Assembly (NCBI RefSeq): GCF_000008645.1
Contig: NC_000916.1
Coordinates: 420,001 to 452,000, forward strand
DNA from: Methanothermobacter thermautotrophicus str. Delta H
Lineage (GTDB): Archaea > Methanobacteriota > Methanobacteria > Methanobacteriales > Methanothermobacteraceae
Direction of reading: 5' to 3'
Length of the DNA stretch: 32,000 nt
The first letter of the stretch is position 1; each line of letters begins with the position of its first letter. Positions 25,073 through 32,000 of this stretch are shown here, piece after piece. The notes beneath the pieces were generated by a model. It was given only the letters and a program-made list of their open reading frames with translations, did no database searches and was not told the DNA's origin. The position numbers and the translations under genes are program-made.

Positions 25073-26824
25073 TCACTTCCACCCCTCAATGATCCTCTGT
25101 TTCAGTATGCGGAACTCCTCATCCTCAAGCAACCTTCCATTCTTTACTATATGCCCCCTGAGGGTCCTCAGAATGAATGATACCACAGCATGACCTATCA
25201 TGTCACCCTTAAGACCATATGGGGGCATGGAGAGGAATTTCATCTCATCCACCGGATCAAAGTCGCCCCTTGAAAATTTTTCAACTGTCACATCCACCAT
25301 GGTCTTAACTGGGTGGTAGACATCTGGAAGGAGGTTAAGGTTCTCATCAACTATCCAGTCACCCCCGGGGCCCCTGAGGATGTGGGCGATGAACCATAAT
25401 AATCCACTCCCTGTTTTCTTTTTGAACTCTTCAAGATTCTCAGAGAAGAATATTTCAAAGACCTTCGGGTAATTTCCAGTCTTCCAGAGGTTTCTGTTTC
25501 CACGTATCACAGGGAGGTTCTCAGGGCCAGAGTGGAAGATCCTCCTTGAAAGCTCACTGTTTATCAGCTCGCTGAGACCATAAAGCCTATCCCCCCTCCC
25601 TGATTCACCATTGAGGTACCACTGGAAACCTGATGCCATCAGATCCCCGACCCACGCCGACACCATCCTCCCTGCAGCATCACTGTGCTCAGGGTCATCT
25701 GAACTCAGCGCAAGGGTCATGTGGTCGAGGAGGATCTCATAGTCCTCAGCAGCCATTGAGGCGTCAGGGAATACCATGAGAACGTTATCAGGTCCTTGGA
25801 GGGTCGGGGCGGGCATCCCCTCATGGGTTCTAAGTATGAGGGCCACAAGGATATCTGATCCTCTGCCATGGAAGTCATCAGCTGAGACCTCAGGATTCAG
25901 TGTGGAAGCATACCCTATTCGGAGCTCCCTGAGTGAGGAACCCCTCAGGAACCCCTCAAGGTCATCCCTTCTTTCACCAAAAAGTTTATCAGGTTCATTT
26001 ATTATTAATTCTCCCAGTCTATCCCTGAATTCCAGATCTTCAGAGCCCAAGTGAGGCCTTTCATCGATCTTAACCCTGAATGAGGAGATATAGCTGTCAA
26101 GTATCTCATCCGAGGATGTATCATCAAGATGGATGACACCGTCGTCCAGGGTGATTGATGGGGACTCCTGCAGTTTAACTGCGATTGATTCCATGGTGGT
26201 CCCGAAAAGTCTGAGGGGGCCCCCCGGGCATTCATCACCGTAAAGGTATTCCAGTCCAATCTCCCGGGAACCGATATCCTCTGCAAGCCTGTAGAGGGAG
26301 TAGGCCACCACATGGTGGTCCAGGTCATCCAGATGTATCCTTTTAACCAATGAGCTCCGTCCCCTCTTCCTCATGGATACGATGGCACCCAGACGCGAGT
26401 TATCAAACATGTTGATGAGGGCTGAGACAGGATTTTCCACTGTGGAGTCCTTAATATCACCGAGATCCGGCCTTATGGCCTCCATGATCCCCTTCTTATC
26501 GAGGTACTCATCGAATCCCACATTGTCACAGAAGAGATTAACGATGGGGGATCCATGGTACATGCTGACCCAGAGGATCTGCCATGCTGCCACGGGTTCC
26601 ATGAAGTAGAGGTCCCTGATCCTGCCAAAGAGTGGGGTTACTTTTTCCTTAACAATGAGGCCTGCATCGGCCAGCCAGGACCCGACGGCCTTCACCTGTA
26701 CCGGACCCAGATTGTTCCTTTCATGCCATCTTTCCTCATGGGTGAAGATTAATGGCATCCATTCATCCCTGAGGCCAAAGGTGGAGTACCTGTCAATTCC
26801 ATTTAACTTTCTGGCTCTCATCAT
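25073..26824 (-). CDS. 583-aa protein, possible N-terminal DUF4007-like domain; convergent with the DISARM-like operon
   Basis: N-terminus GIDRYSTFGLRDEWMPLIFTH...NNLGPVQVKAVGSWLADAGLIVKEKVTPLFGRIRDLYFMEPVAAWQILWVSMYHGSPIVNLF loosely fits DUF4007 layout. The stop lies 10 nt from the end of the 971-aa ORF. Confidence 0.45.
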   Translation of the reverse strand: MMRARKLNGIDRYSTFGLRDEWMPLIFTHEERWHERNNLGPVQVKAVGSWLADAGLIVKEKVTPLFGRIRDLYFMEPVAAWQILWVSMYHGSPIVNLFCDNVGFDEYLDKKGIMEAIRPDLGDIKDSTVENPVSALINMFDNSRLGAIVSMRKRGRSSLVKRIHLDDLDHHVVAYSLYRLAEDIGSREIGLEYLYGDECPGGPLRLFGTTMESIAVKLQESPSITLDDGVIHLDDTSSDEILDSYISSFRVKIDERPHLGSEDLEFRDRLGELIINEPDKLFGERRDDLEGFLRGSSLRELRIGYASTLNPEVSADDFHGRGSDILVALILRTHEGMPAPTLQGPDNVLMVFPDASMAAEDYEILLDHMTLALSSDDPEHSDAAGRMVSAWVGDLMASGFQWYLNGESGRGDRLYGLSELINSELSRRIFHSGPENLPVIRGNRNLWKTGNYPKVFEIFFSENLEEFKKKTGSGLLWFIAHILRGPGGDWIVDENLNLLPDVYHPVKTMVDVTVEKFSRGDFDPVDEMKFLSMPPYGLKGDMIGHAVVSFILRTLRGHIVKNGRLLEDEEFRILKQRIIEGWK

Positions 26825-26864
26825 AAACTAAATATTGAGATGGGGATAAATAAGGCTGTGGGGT
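26825..26864. promoter_or_regulatory. Putative overlapping divergent promoters in a 40-bp intergenic region
   Basis: Plus strand TAAATATT (26829-26836) and minus strand TTATTTATCC (about 26843-26852), each roughly 25-35 nt upstream of the respective start codon (GTG 26865, ATG 26824). Confidence 0.35.
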
Positions 26865-28505
26865 GTGAACTTGATCAGATACGTTAATCTCAGAATAATA
26901 TCAGACAGGGATGAGATAGAATCTCAGCAGAAAAGGCTGGAAAATATTCTGAAGGAGAGAGCAGATAAGGTCGTTGAGGGGGGTGCCGGTTTTCAGGGGG
27001 GTGAGGAGAAGGGTAAGGTATACTGGATGTCTGACCTTGGCATATGGTACATGACCCGATTCATAGAGGGGAGCAGGTACTGGAATGGCTTCGGGACAGA
27101 GGAGCCAGAGGAGGGAGGTAACAGGACAATCGTGTGTGAGATAAACTTTCCCCCGGAGGGTATAAACCGTAGGGTTGGGGCTGCTATAGCGCGTGATCCC
27201 ACAGGAAACTACTATGTGGTGCACAGGGGCAAACTAGGTGGGAATTACAGTAAAAGAATATTTGAGGAGAACTACCACGGTGAATGGACAACAGTCATTG
27301 ACGGTGATCGGCAAGAAAAGGTTGTGGTCATAGGAAAAATTGATGAGACAATCCCTGAGAAAATAAGGAACTTTGTATATGAGGTCCAGAGGATAAAGGG
27401 CATGAAAGCCGATTCTAATCTTGAAGAAAATTTTAAGAAAGAAAGTGGGACAGACATTTACCAGCATCTTGACAAAGGAACAGGAACAGACTTTTACCAG
27501 TACCTGCAGATTCATGGTTATCACTTCAGACCGGAACTCGTTGAGAACTTCCTCCTCTCCCTCAAGGTCAAGCCCTTCGTGATACTGACCGGTAACTCGG
27601 GTACAGGTAAGACGAAGCTTGCACAGCTCTACGGCAGTTACATATCCACAGAGAATGACAAAAGGTACCTGGTCGTCCCGGTGGGTGCCAACTGGACCGA
27701 GACGAGGCACATCTTCGGCTACCTCAACATAATGACGGGGGAATACCAGAGCACCCCGGCCCTGGACTTCATCATGAGGGCCTCCAGGGACCCTGACAAC
27801 CCCTACATCCTGATACTCGATGAGATGAACCTATCACACGTTGAACGCTACTTCTCTGACTTCCTCTCAGCCATGGAGAGCGGCGAACCAGTACCACTCC
27901 ATGATGACCCCAACTCTGAGTTCCCATCCATGATAGAGATACCCGAGAACCTCAGGGTCGTGGGAACAGTCAACGTGGATGAGACCACCTACATGTTCTC
28001 ACCGAAGGTCCTTGACCGGGCAAACACCATAGAATTCGAAACCCTCAGGCCAGGGGAGTATCTTAACGGCACCCCCCACGACCAGGGCCCAGCAGGGGAC
28101 ACAGAATTCCTTGAAGACATCATGGAATACAGCAATGATAACATGAAGGACGACCTCCACATGGTATGGGATGAACTTGTGGCTGAACTTGACTTCTTCC
28201 ATGAAACCCTCACAACCCCAGGATTCGACTTCGGCTTCAGGGTGACAGATGAGATCCTCAGATTCATGCATGCAGCCTGGATCTACGAGAAAAGACCCCG
28301 GGAATGGGAAAACTGGGAGCGCTACCTTGACGCCCAGATCAAACAGAAGATCCTCCCCAAGATCCACGGCCCCGAAAGACTCCTCAGGGACACACTCGAT
28401 AAACTCAAAGAACACTGCCAGGGCAGATTCCCTGAATCAGAGAAGAAGCTTGAGGAGATGCAGAACACCCTGAAAACCCAGCGCTACGCCTCCTTCATCA
28501 GGTAG
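26865..28505 (+). CDS. McrB-like AAA+ ATPase/GTPase with N-terminal MrcB/DUF3578-like domain
   Basis: Walker A FVILTGNSGTGKTKLAQLYGSYI; NWTETRHIFGYLNIMTGEYQSTPALDFIMRA; Walker B NPYILILDEMNLSHVERYFSDFLSAMESGE; FRVVGTVNVDETTYMFSPKVLDRANTIEF; McrB hallmark motifs. N-terminus YWMSDLGIWYMTRFIEGSRYWNGFG suggests a modified-base-recognition-type domain. Confidence 0.85.
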   Translation: MNLIRYVNLRIISDRDEIESQQKRLENILKERADKVVEGGAGFQGGEEKGKVYWMSDLGIWYMTRFIEGSRYWNGFGTEEPEEGGNRTIVCEINFPPEGINRRVGAAIARDPTGNYYVVHRGKLGGNYSKRIFEENYHGEWTTVIDGDRQEKVVVIGKIDETIPEKIRNFVYEVQRIKGMKADSNLEENFKKESGTDIYQHLDKGTGTDFYQYLQIHGYHFRPELVENFLLSLKVKPFVILTGNSGTGKTKLAQLYGSYISTENDKRYLVVPVGANWTETRHIFGYLNIMTGEYQSTPALDFIMRASRDPDNPYILILDEMNLSHVERYFSDFLSAMESGEPVPLHDDPNSEFPSMIEIPENLRVVGTVNVDETTYMFSPKVLDRANTIEFETLRPGEYLNGTPHDQGPAGDTEFLEDIMEYSNDNMKDDLHMVWDELVAELDFFHETLTTPGFDFGFRVTDEILRFMHAAWIYEKRPREWENWERYLDAQIKQKILPKIHGPERLLRDTLDKLKEHCQGRFPESEKKLEEMQNTLKTQRYASFIR

Positions 28506-28514
28506 TGATCACCG

Positions 28515-30218
28515 ATGGACCAGGAGATAATCATAGAATTCAGGGCAGGGAGACTGAGGATAAATGGGGGTCCAGCGCCCATTGAAGTACCTCCCAGGAT
28601 GGTGAGGGTCAGCGGCCACCCCTTAACACTCATAAACGTCCCCCTGGTTGACAGGCCCGGACTTAACCCCATCGAACACTGCCCCTACTACGACAACCTC
28701 AGTGAAATAATGCTCCTGGAGGAGACAGAATACCAGGTCCTCTTCGAAACTGAAGGATCCCTCAAGGATGTGAAGGTCCTCCCCCATGCAGATGAACTCT
28801 TCAGGAGGATACGATTCAAATTCAGGGACAGAGTGGCGGGTATACTCAACTTCAGGAGCTACGCCGGCAAATCCTTCCTCGACATCGAGACACCCGGGGG
28901 CCATGAATCCATACCCATCGAGGTGAGGTCAAAGAAGATAGACTACCATGAACAGTACCCTGCAATGCTGGCAGACCTCTCAGAGGAGATCACATCCATC
29001 ATCCTCGAGGCTGACTCCTCCATATTCCAGACCTTCACCCCCTCAGGTGAGGATGACAGGACACTCTACGAGGACTTTCTTTTACTGGAGTACCTCTTCA
29101 GACCCGAGAACCTCCCGGCTGCAGCTGAACGCATAAATCACAGCTTCTATTCCGGACTTAAACGTGAGGTCCAGGTTGTACCCGCAGGCCTGGCCTCAGT
29201 GGTGGACCCCAACGGACTGGTGGGTGTGCTGTCAGACCCGGCCAGCATGGATGCAGATGGGAACATAAGGAACCTCCCGCAGCTGAACCTGCGGGAGACG
29301 CCTGACACTCCAGAGAACCGCTTCTACAGGTACTTCCTGGAATCACTGGAGGACAGGATACTCTCGCTCCATGAATCAGCCCCCGAGGGTTACATCAGGG
29401 ACTCCCTGGAGGGATTCCTGGATGAGGTGAACCTCCTCCTCTCTGCAGGGTGGCTGATGGATGTTGGTGAACTCCAGGTCCTCCCCCTGAACTCACAGGT
29501 ACTCCAGAAGAGGGAGGGCTACAGGGACGTTCTCAGGTACTTCTTCATCCTTGACCTCGCACTCAGGTTCACCTGGGAGGGGCTTGAGGACAGTATCAGG
29601 GGATTTGAGAGGAGGCTCAGTGAACTCTATGAGTACTGGTGCTACTTCAGGATCCTCAGGATCCTGGAGGACATAACCGGGGATAGAGTTAACCCCCGGG
29701 ACATATTCGTCAGGGATGGCTGGAGGGTCCGTCTGAGGACCGGGAACTCCATACTCAGGTTCAGCATGGATGACACCGAGATAGCCCTCTCCTACAATGG
29801 AAGGTTCGCCGGGGACACCCCCTGCAGGTCCTATTCACTCCCCTTCAAACCTGACTACTCCATACTCGTGGCTGTGGATGAGTGCACCTGCTTCATACAC
29901 CTGGATGCAAAGTACCGGTCCACTGTGAGGCCAGATGACCTCTATGAGAGTATCGACATGAGGGACTCTGAGGAGGAACTTGAGAGGAGGTTCAGGGATG
30001 GTGATGTTTACAAGATGCACAGCTACAAGGATGCCATACTGCGCAGTGTGGGGGCCTACATACTCTACCCCGGGGATGAGGATGTTTTATTCAGTGAGGG
30101 AGGCGGTGAGGTGCCATCGGTTGGTGCATTTCCACTGAGGCCCGGCGAATCCCATGTGGATGAGAGGAGACTGCGTGACTTTATAGAGAGGGCTATTCTG
30201 AATATAATCGAAGGGTAA
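28515..30218 (+). CDS. McrC-like partner: DUF2357 (DUF524) protein with PD-(D/E)XK nuclease motif
   Basis: GHESIPIEVRSKKIDYHEQYPAMLADLSEEI; NRFYRYFLESLEDRI; LYEYWCYFRILRIL; nuclease core FKPDYSILVAVDECTCFIHLDAKYR. Starts 9 nt after the McrB-like stop. Confidence 0.8.
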   Translation: MDQEIIIEFRAGRLRINGGPAPIEVPPRMVRVSGHPLTLINVPLVDRPGLNPIEHCPYYDNLSEIMLLEETEYQVLFETEGSLKDVKVLPHADELFRRIRFKFRDRVAGILNFRSYAGKSFLDIETPGGHESIPIEVRSKKIDYHEQYPAMLADLSEEITSIILEADSSIFQTFTPSGEDDRTLYEDFLLLEYLFRPENLPAAAERINHSFYSGLKREVQVVPAGLASVVDPNGLVGVLSDPASMDADGNIRNLPQLNLRETPDTPENRFYRYFLESLEDRILSLHESAPEGYIRDSLEGFLDEVNLLLSAGWLMDVGELQVLPLNSQVLQKREGYRDVLRYFFILDLALRFTWEGLEDSIRGFERRLSELYEYWCYFRILRILEDITGDRVNPRDIFVRDGWRVRLRTGNSILRFSMDDTEIALSYNGRFAGDTPCRSYSLPFKPDYSILVAVDECTCFIHLDAKYRSTVRPDDLYESIDMRDSEEELERRFRDGDVYKMHSYKDAILRSVGAYILYPGDEDVLFSEGGGEVPSVGAFPLRPGESHVDERRLRDFIERAILNIIEG

Positions 30219-30317
30219 TAACCTTTTATACATGGAATCCCCCCAGAGAACTCACCGGGAGATCAGGAATTTAGAAGAAAGAATCAGCGCAGAACTTCTC
30301 CACATCAAAAAAAGAAT

Positions 30318-30666
30318 TTACCCGAGAAGGTCACTGACCCTCTCGGAGCTCCTCTTCATCTCTATCCTTATCATACCCAGGTTCACATCAACATCCGTTA
30401 TGACAACGAGGATCCCCTCCCCTGCATCTATCATGAGGGTCTTACCACGTTTACCCTCAATCATGACCTGCTCGAGGGGCTCATGTTTTATCTCCTCGGC
30501 TGACCTCTCGGCTGTACCGAAGACCGCTGATGCCATGGCAGCCACGAGTTCAGCGTCAATGTCACCCGGGACTTCACTCTCTATTATGAGACCATCCTTA
30601 CCCACAACAAGTGAGCCGTTAACACCGTTGAATCCTTCCAAGGTCCTTCAGTATCCTCCCTATCAA
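30318..30666 (-). CDS. Roadblock/LC7 domain protein (small), with apparent 1-nt frameshift near 30638-30641 in its N-terminus
   Basis: ORF 30318..30641: [81 protein letters not shown]...NLGMIRIEM. The upstream alternate frame encodes (L)IGRILKDL, the missing first helix, giving [16 protein letters not shown] when one G is removed. Confidence 0.75.
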
Positions 30667-30677
30667 CCTGAAACCCC

Positions 30678-31703
30678 CTATTCAAACATCTTCCTCATGC
30701 ATCTCCTTATGGTACCCTCAGCTGCACGGTCACCAATGACGGTCTTCAGTTCACCTGTAAGGGCCTGTGCAGCCACCAGGTCAGTGTGGTTAACCTCTGC
30801 CCCCTCAATCCACTTCATGACGTCATCGTTGAGGTCTGAGATCTTCTTGAGGGCTGCGTCGAGTTCCTCCTGCTCATCCAGCAGGTGCATCGACCTTGCA
30901 CTTTTTACGAGCAGCTCAGGGTTGATGGCGGCTGCCATCCCGTCAACACCTGATGTCTCAACCAGGGACGCCATTGTCTGGAGTGTCATGAGTATCTGCT
31001 TCTCAACCATCTCCTCGGGGGCCTTTATGATCTGTGTACCCACATAGTAGTAGTCCAGTACACCTGCAAGTGCCACCGCTGTGACCAGTGACCCCATATC
31101 GGCCACCGCTGAGGTCACATCTGCCGGTACTATGTAGGCCTTCTTGCCTGTGCTCTCTGCCAGTTCAGCGCACCTTGATACCTGTTCATCGGTTGCCATG
31201 TCCAGTTCAGCTGTGGGTCTCCCGCCGATGACGTAGTGGCCATGCTGTGGTGTCCCTGGCACGGCTGCCGGGTGCATGGAGGATACCCCCACGTCGGTCC
31301 TCTCCAGTTTGAGTTCCTTCTCAAGGACGTAGTAGAGGACCACCGGTGATACCGTGCATGTGTTGGCTATGACTGAGCCCTCAGGGAGTTCAGGGAGTAT
31401 CTCCCTGGCTATACTGAAGGTACCCTTACCGAAGGGGGTGAAGAGCACTGCCACTTCAGCCTCACTGGCGGCCTCCTTATCGTTATCTGTTACCGTTACA
31501 CCGGCCTCCTCGACCATGCTCCACTGCTCATCGTCCAGGAATTCCCTTGAAGGTTCCGCCAGTATAACATCATGTCCGGCCATTGCAAACTCCATGGCCA
31601 TCCTGCTTCCACCGTAGGGTGCCTCCCCACCATACCTTTCAGGGAGGTTCAGTTCATCGGTATATAACTTCTGATTACCAGCACCGTAGACTGTCACCTT
31701 CAT
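30678..31703 (-). CDS. hmdII: H2-forming methylene-H4MPT dehydrogenase paralog HmdII (likely start MKVTVYGAG at 31703)
   Basis: MKVTVYGAGNQKLYTDELNLPERYGGEAPYGGSRMAMEFAMAGHDVILAEP...GSVIANTCTVSPVVLYYVLEKELK...VSSMHPAAVPGTPQHGHYVIGGRPTAELDMATDEQVSRCAELAESTGKKAYIVPADVTSAVADMGSLVTAVALAGVLDYYYVGTQIIKAPEEMV. Hmd-family fold and Cys position, but paralog-like. Confidence 0.85.
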   Translation of the reverse strand: MKVTVYGAGNQKLYTDELNLPERYGGEAPYGGSRMAMEFAMAGHDVILAEPSREFLDDEQWSMVEEAGVTVTDNDKEAASEAEVAVLFTPFGKGTFSIAREILPELPEGSVIANTCTVSPVVLYYVLEKELKLERTDVGVSSMHPAAVPGTPQHGHYVIGGRPTAELDMATDEQVSRCAELAESTGKKAYIVPADVTSAVADMGSLVTAVALAGVLDYYYVGTQIIKAPEEMVEKQILMTLQTMASLVETSGVDGMAAAINPELLVKSARSMHLLDEQEELDAALKKISDLNDDVMKWIEGAEVNHTDLVAAQALTGELKTVIGDRAAEGTIRRCMRKMFE

Positions 31704-31935
31704 TGCTATCACTCTTTTCACATTGGAAATCTACAGAAGAAAAGTTTAGTTCTGGAGCCTCACCCTATTAAAGTTTTTTCCTGATTGGGGATTTTATGGG
31801 CCCTGTTATTAACTTCAGGGCCCTTTGAATGCTTCTAGTGTCTGAAAATATTTCAGACCATCATGGGGTGGTTATAAATAATCATCTCGACAGATAGTAA
31901 TTCTGGTTCATGATTCCAGAGGTGGGGGTTTTGCC

Positions 31936-32000
31936 GTGAAAGATCTTCAGTCAGGGCTGAGGGTATTATTTGAGGTGGTATTCCTTGCTGTGCTGGGCCT
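31936..32000 (+). CDS. Start of a hydrophobic protein, runs off right edge
   Basis: GTG AAA GAT CTT CAG TCA GGG CTG... translates VKDLQSGLRVLFEVVFLAVLG, preceded by a GAGGTGGGGG SD-like stretch. Confidence 0.5.
   Translation, partial: MKDLQSGLRVLFEVVFLAVLG

Noticed and set aside
30232-31047. 271-aa plus-strand ORF opposite hmdII/Roadblock
   Set aside because: Low-complexity Ser/Pro/Met-rich translation, antisense to strongly conserved Hmd and Roadblock coding sequence; typical shadow ORF of GC-skewed codons.
1-32000. CRISPR arrays, tRNA/rRNA genes, transposases or integrases
   Set aside because: No regularly spaced repeat array, no recognisable tRNA cloverleaf or rRNA segment, and no transposase/integrase motifs were seen by eye; the only clear direct repeat has two copies.

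Overview
The window is archaeal and most likely from Methanothermobacter. This is inferred from an Hmd paralog (HmdII), a tungstate-type ABC binding protein, and GGAGG/GTG-rich gene starts; no database was searched. Between a TupA-like tungstate-binding protein gene (left edge) and hmdII (right edge) lies a roughly 26 kb island rich in defence and DNA-processing genes. Its modules are: (1) a DUF4011 / SF1 helicase / Vsr-like nuclease / DUF3320 gene resembling the reported Hhe type (4.4-9.2 kb, minus), broken into four ORFs by about three apparent 1-nt frameshifts; (2) an MrfA-like SF2 helicase plus MrfB/YprB-like DEDD exonuclease pair (10.0-13.5 kb, minus); (3) a secreted, lipobox-containing SNase-like nuclease; (4) a tightly packed plus-strand operon of C5 cytosine methyltransferase, Mig/TDG-like HhH-GPD glycosylase with a 4Fe-4S motif, DrmA-like helicase, DrmB-like DUF1998 protein and a 971-aa protein with an N-terminal Zn-ribbon (14.8-25.1 kb); (5) a convergent 583-aa protein with a possible DUF4007-like N-terminus; (6) a McrB-like AAA+ / DUF2357-PD-(D/E)XK pair (26.9-30.2 kb). 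The leading candidate for a previously undescribed system is module 4. It looks like a class-2-like DISARM that lacks a recognisable DrmC (PLD), carries a large protein of uncertain family, and has a U/T:G-type mismatch glycosylase translationally linked to the cytosine methyltransferase. Several neighbouring genes show single-nucleotide frameshifts (P-type ATPase, small membrane protein, DUF4011/DUF3320 gene, DJ-1/PfpI, Roadblock), while the DISARM-like, Mrf-like and Mcr-like genes are open.
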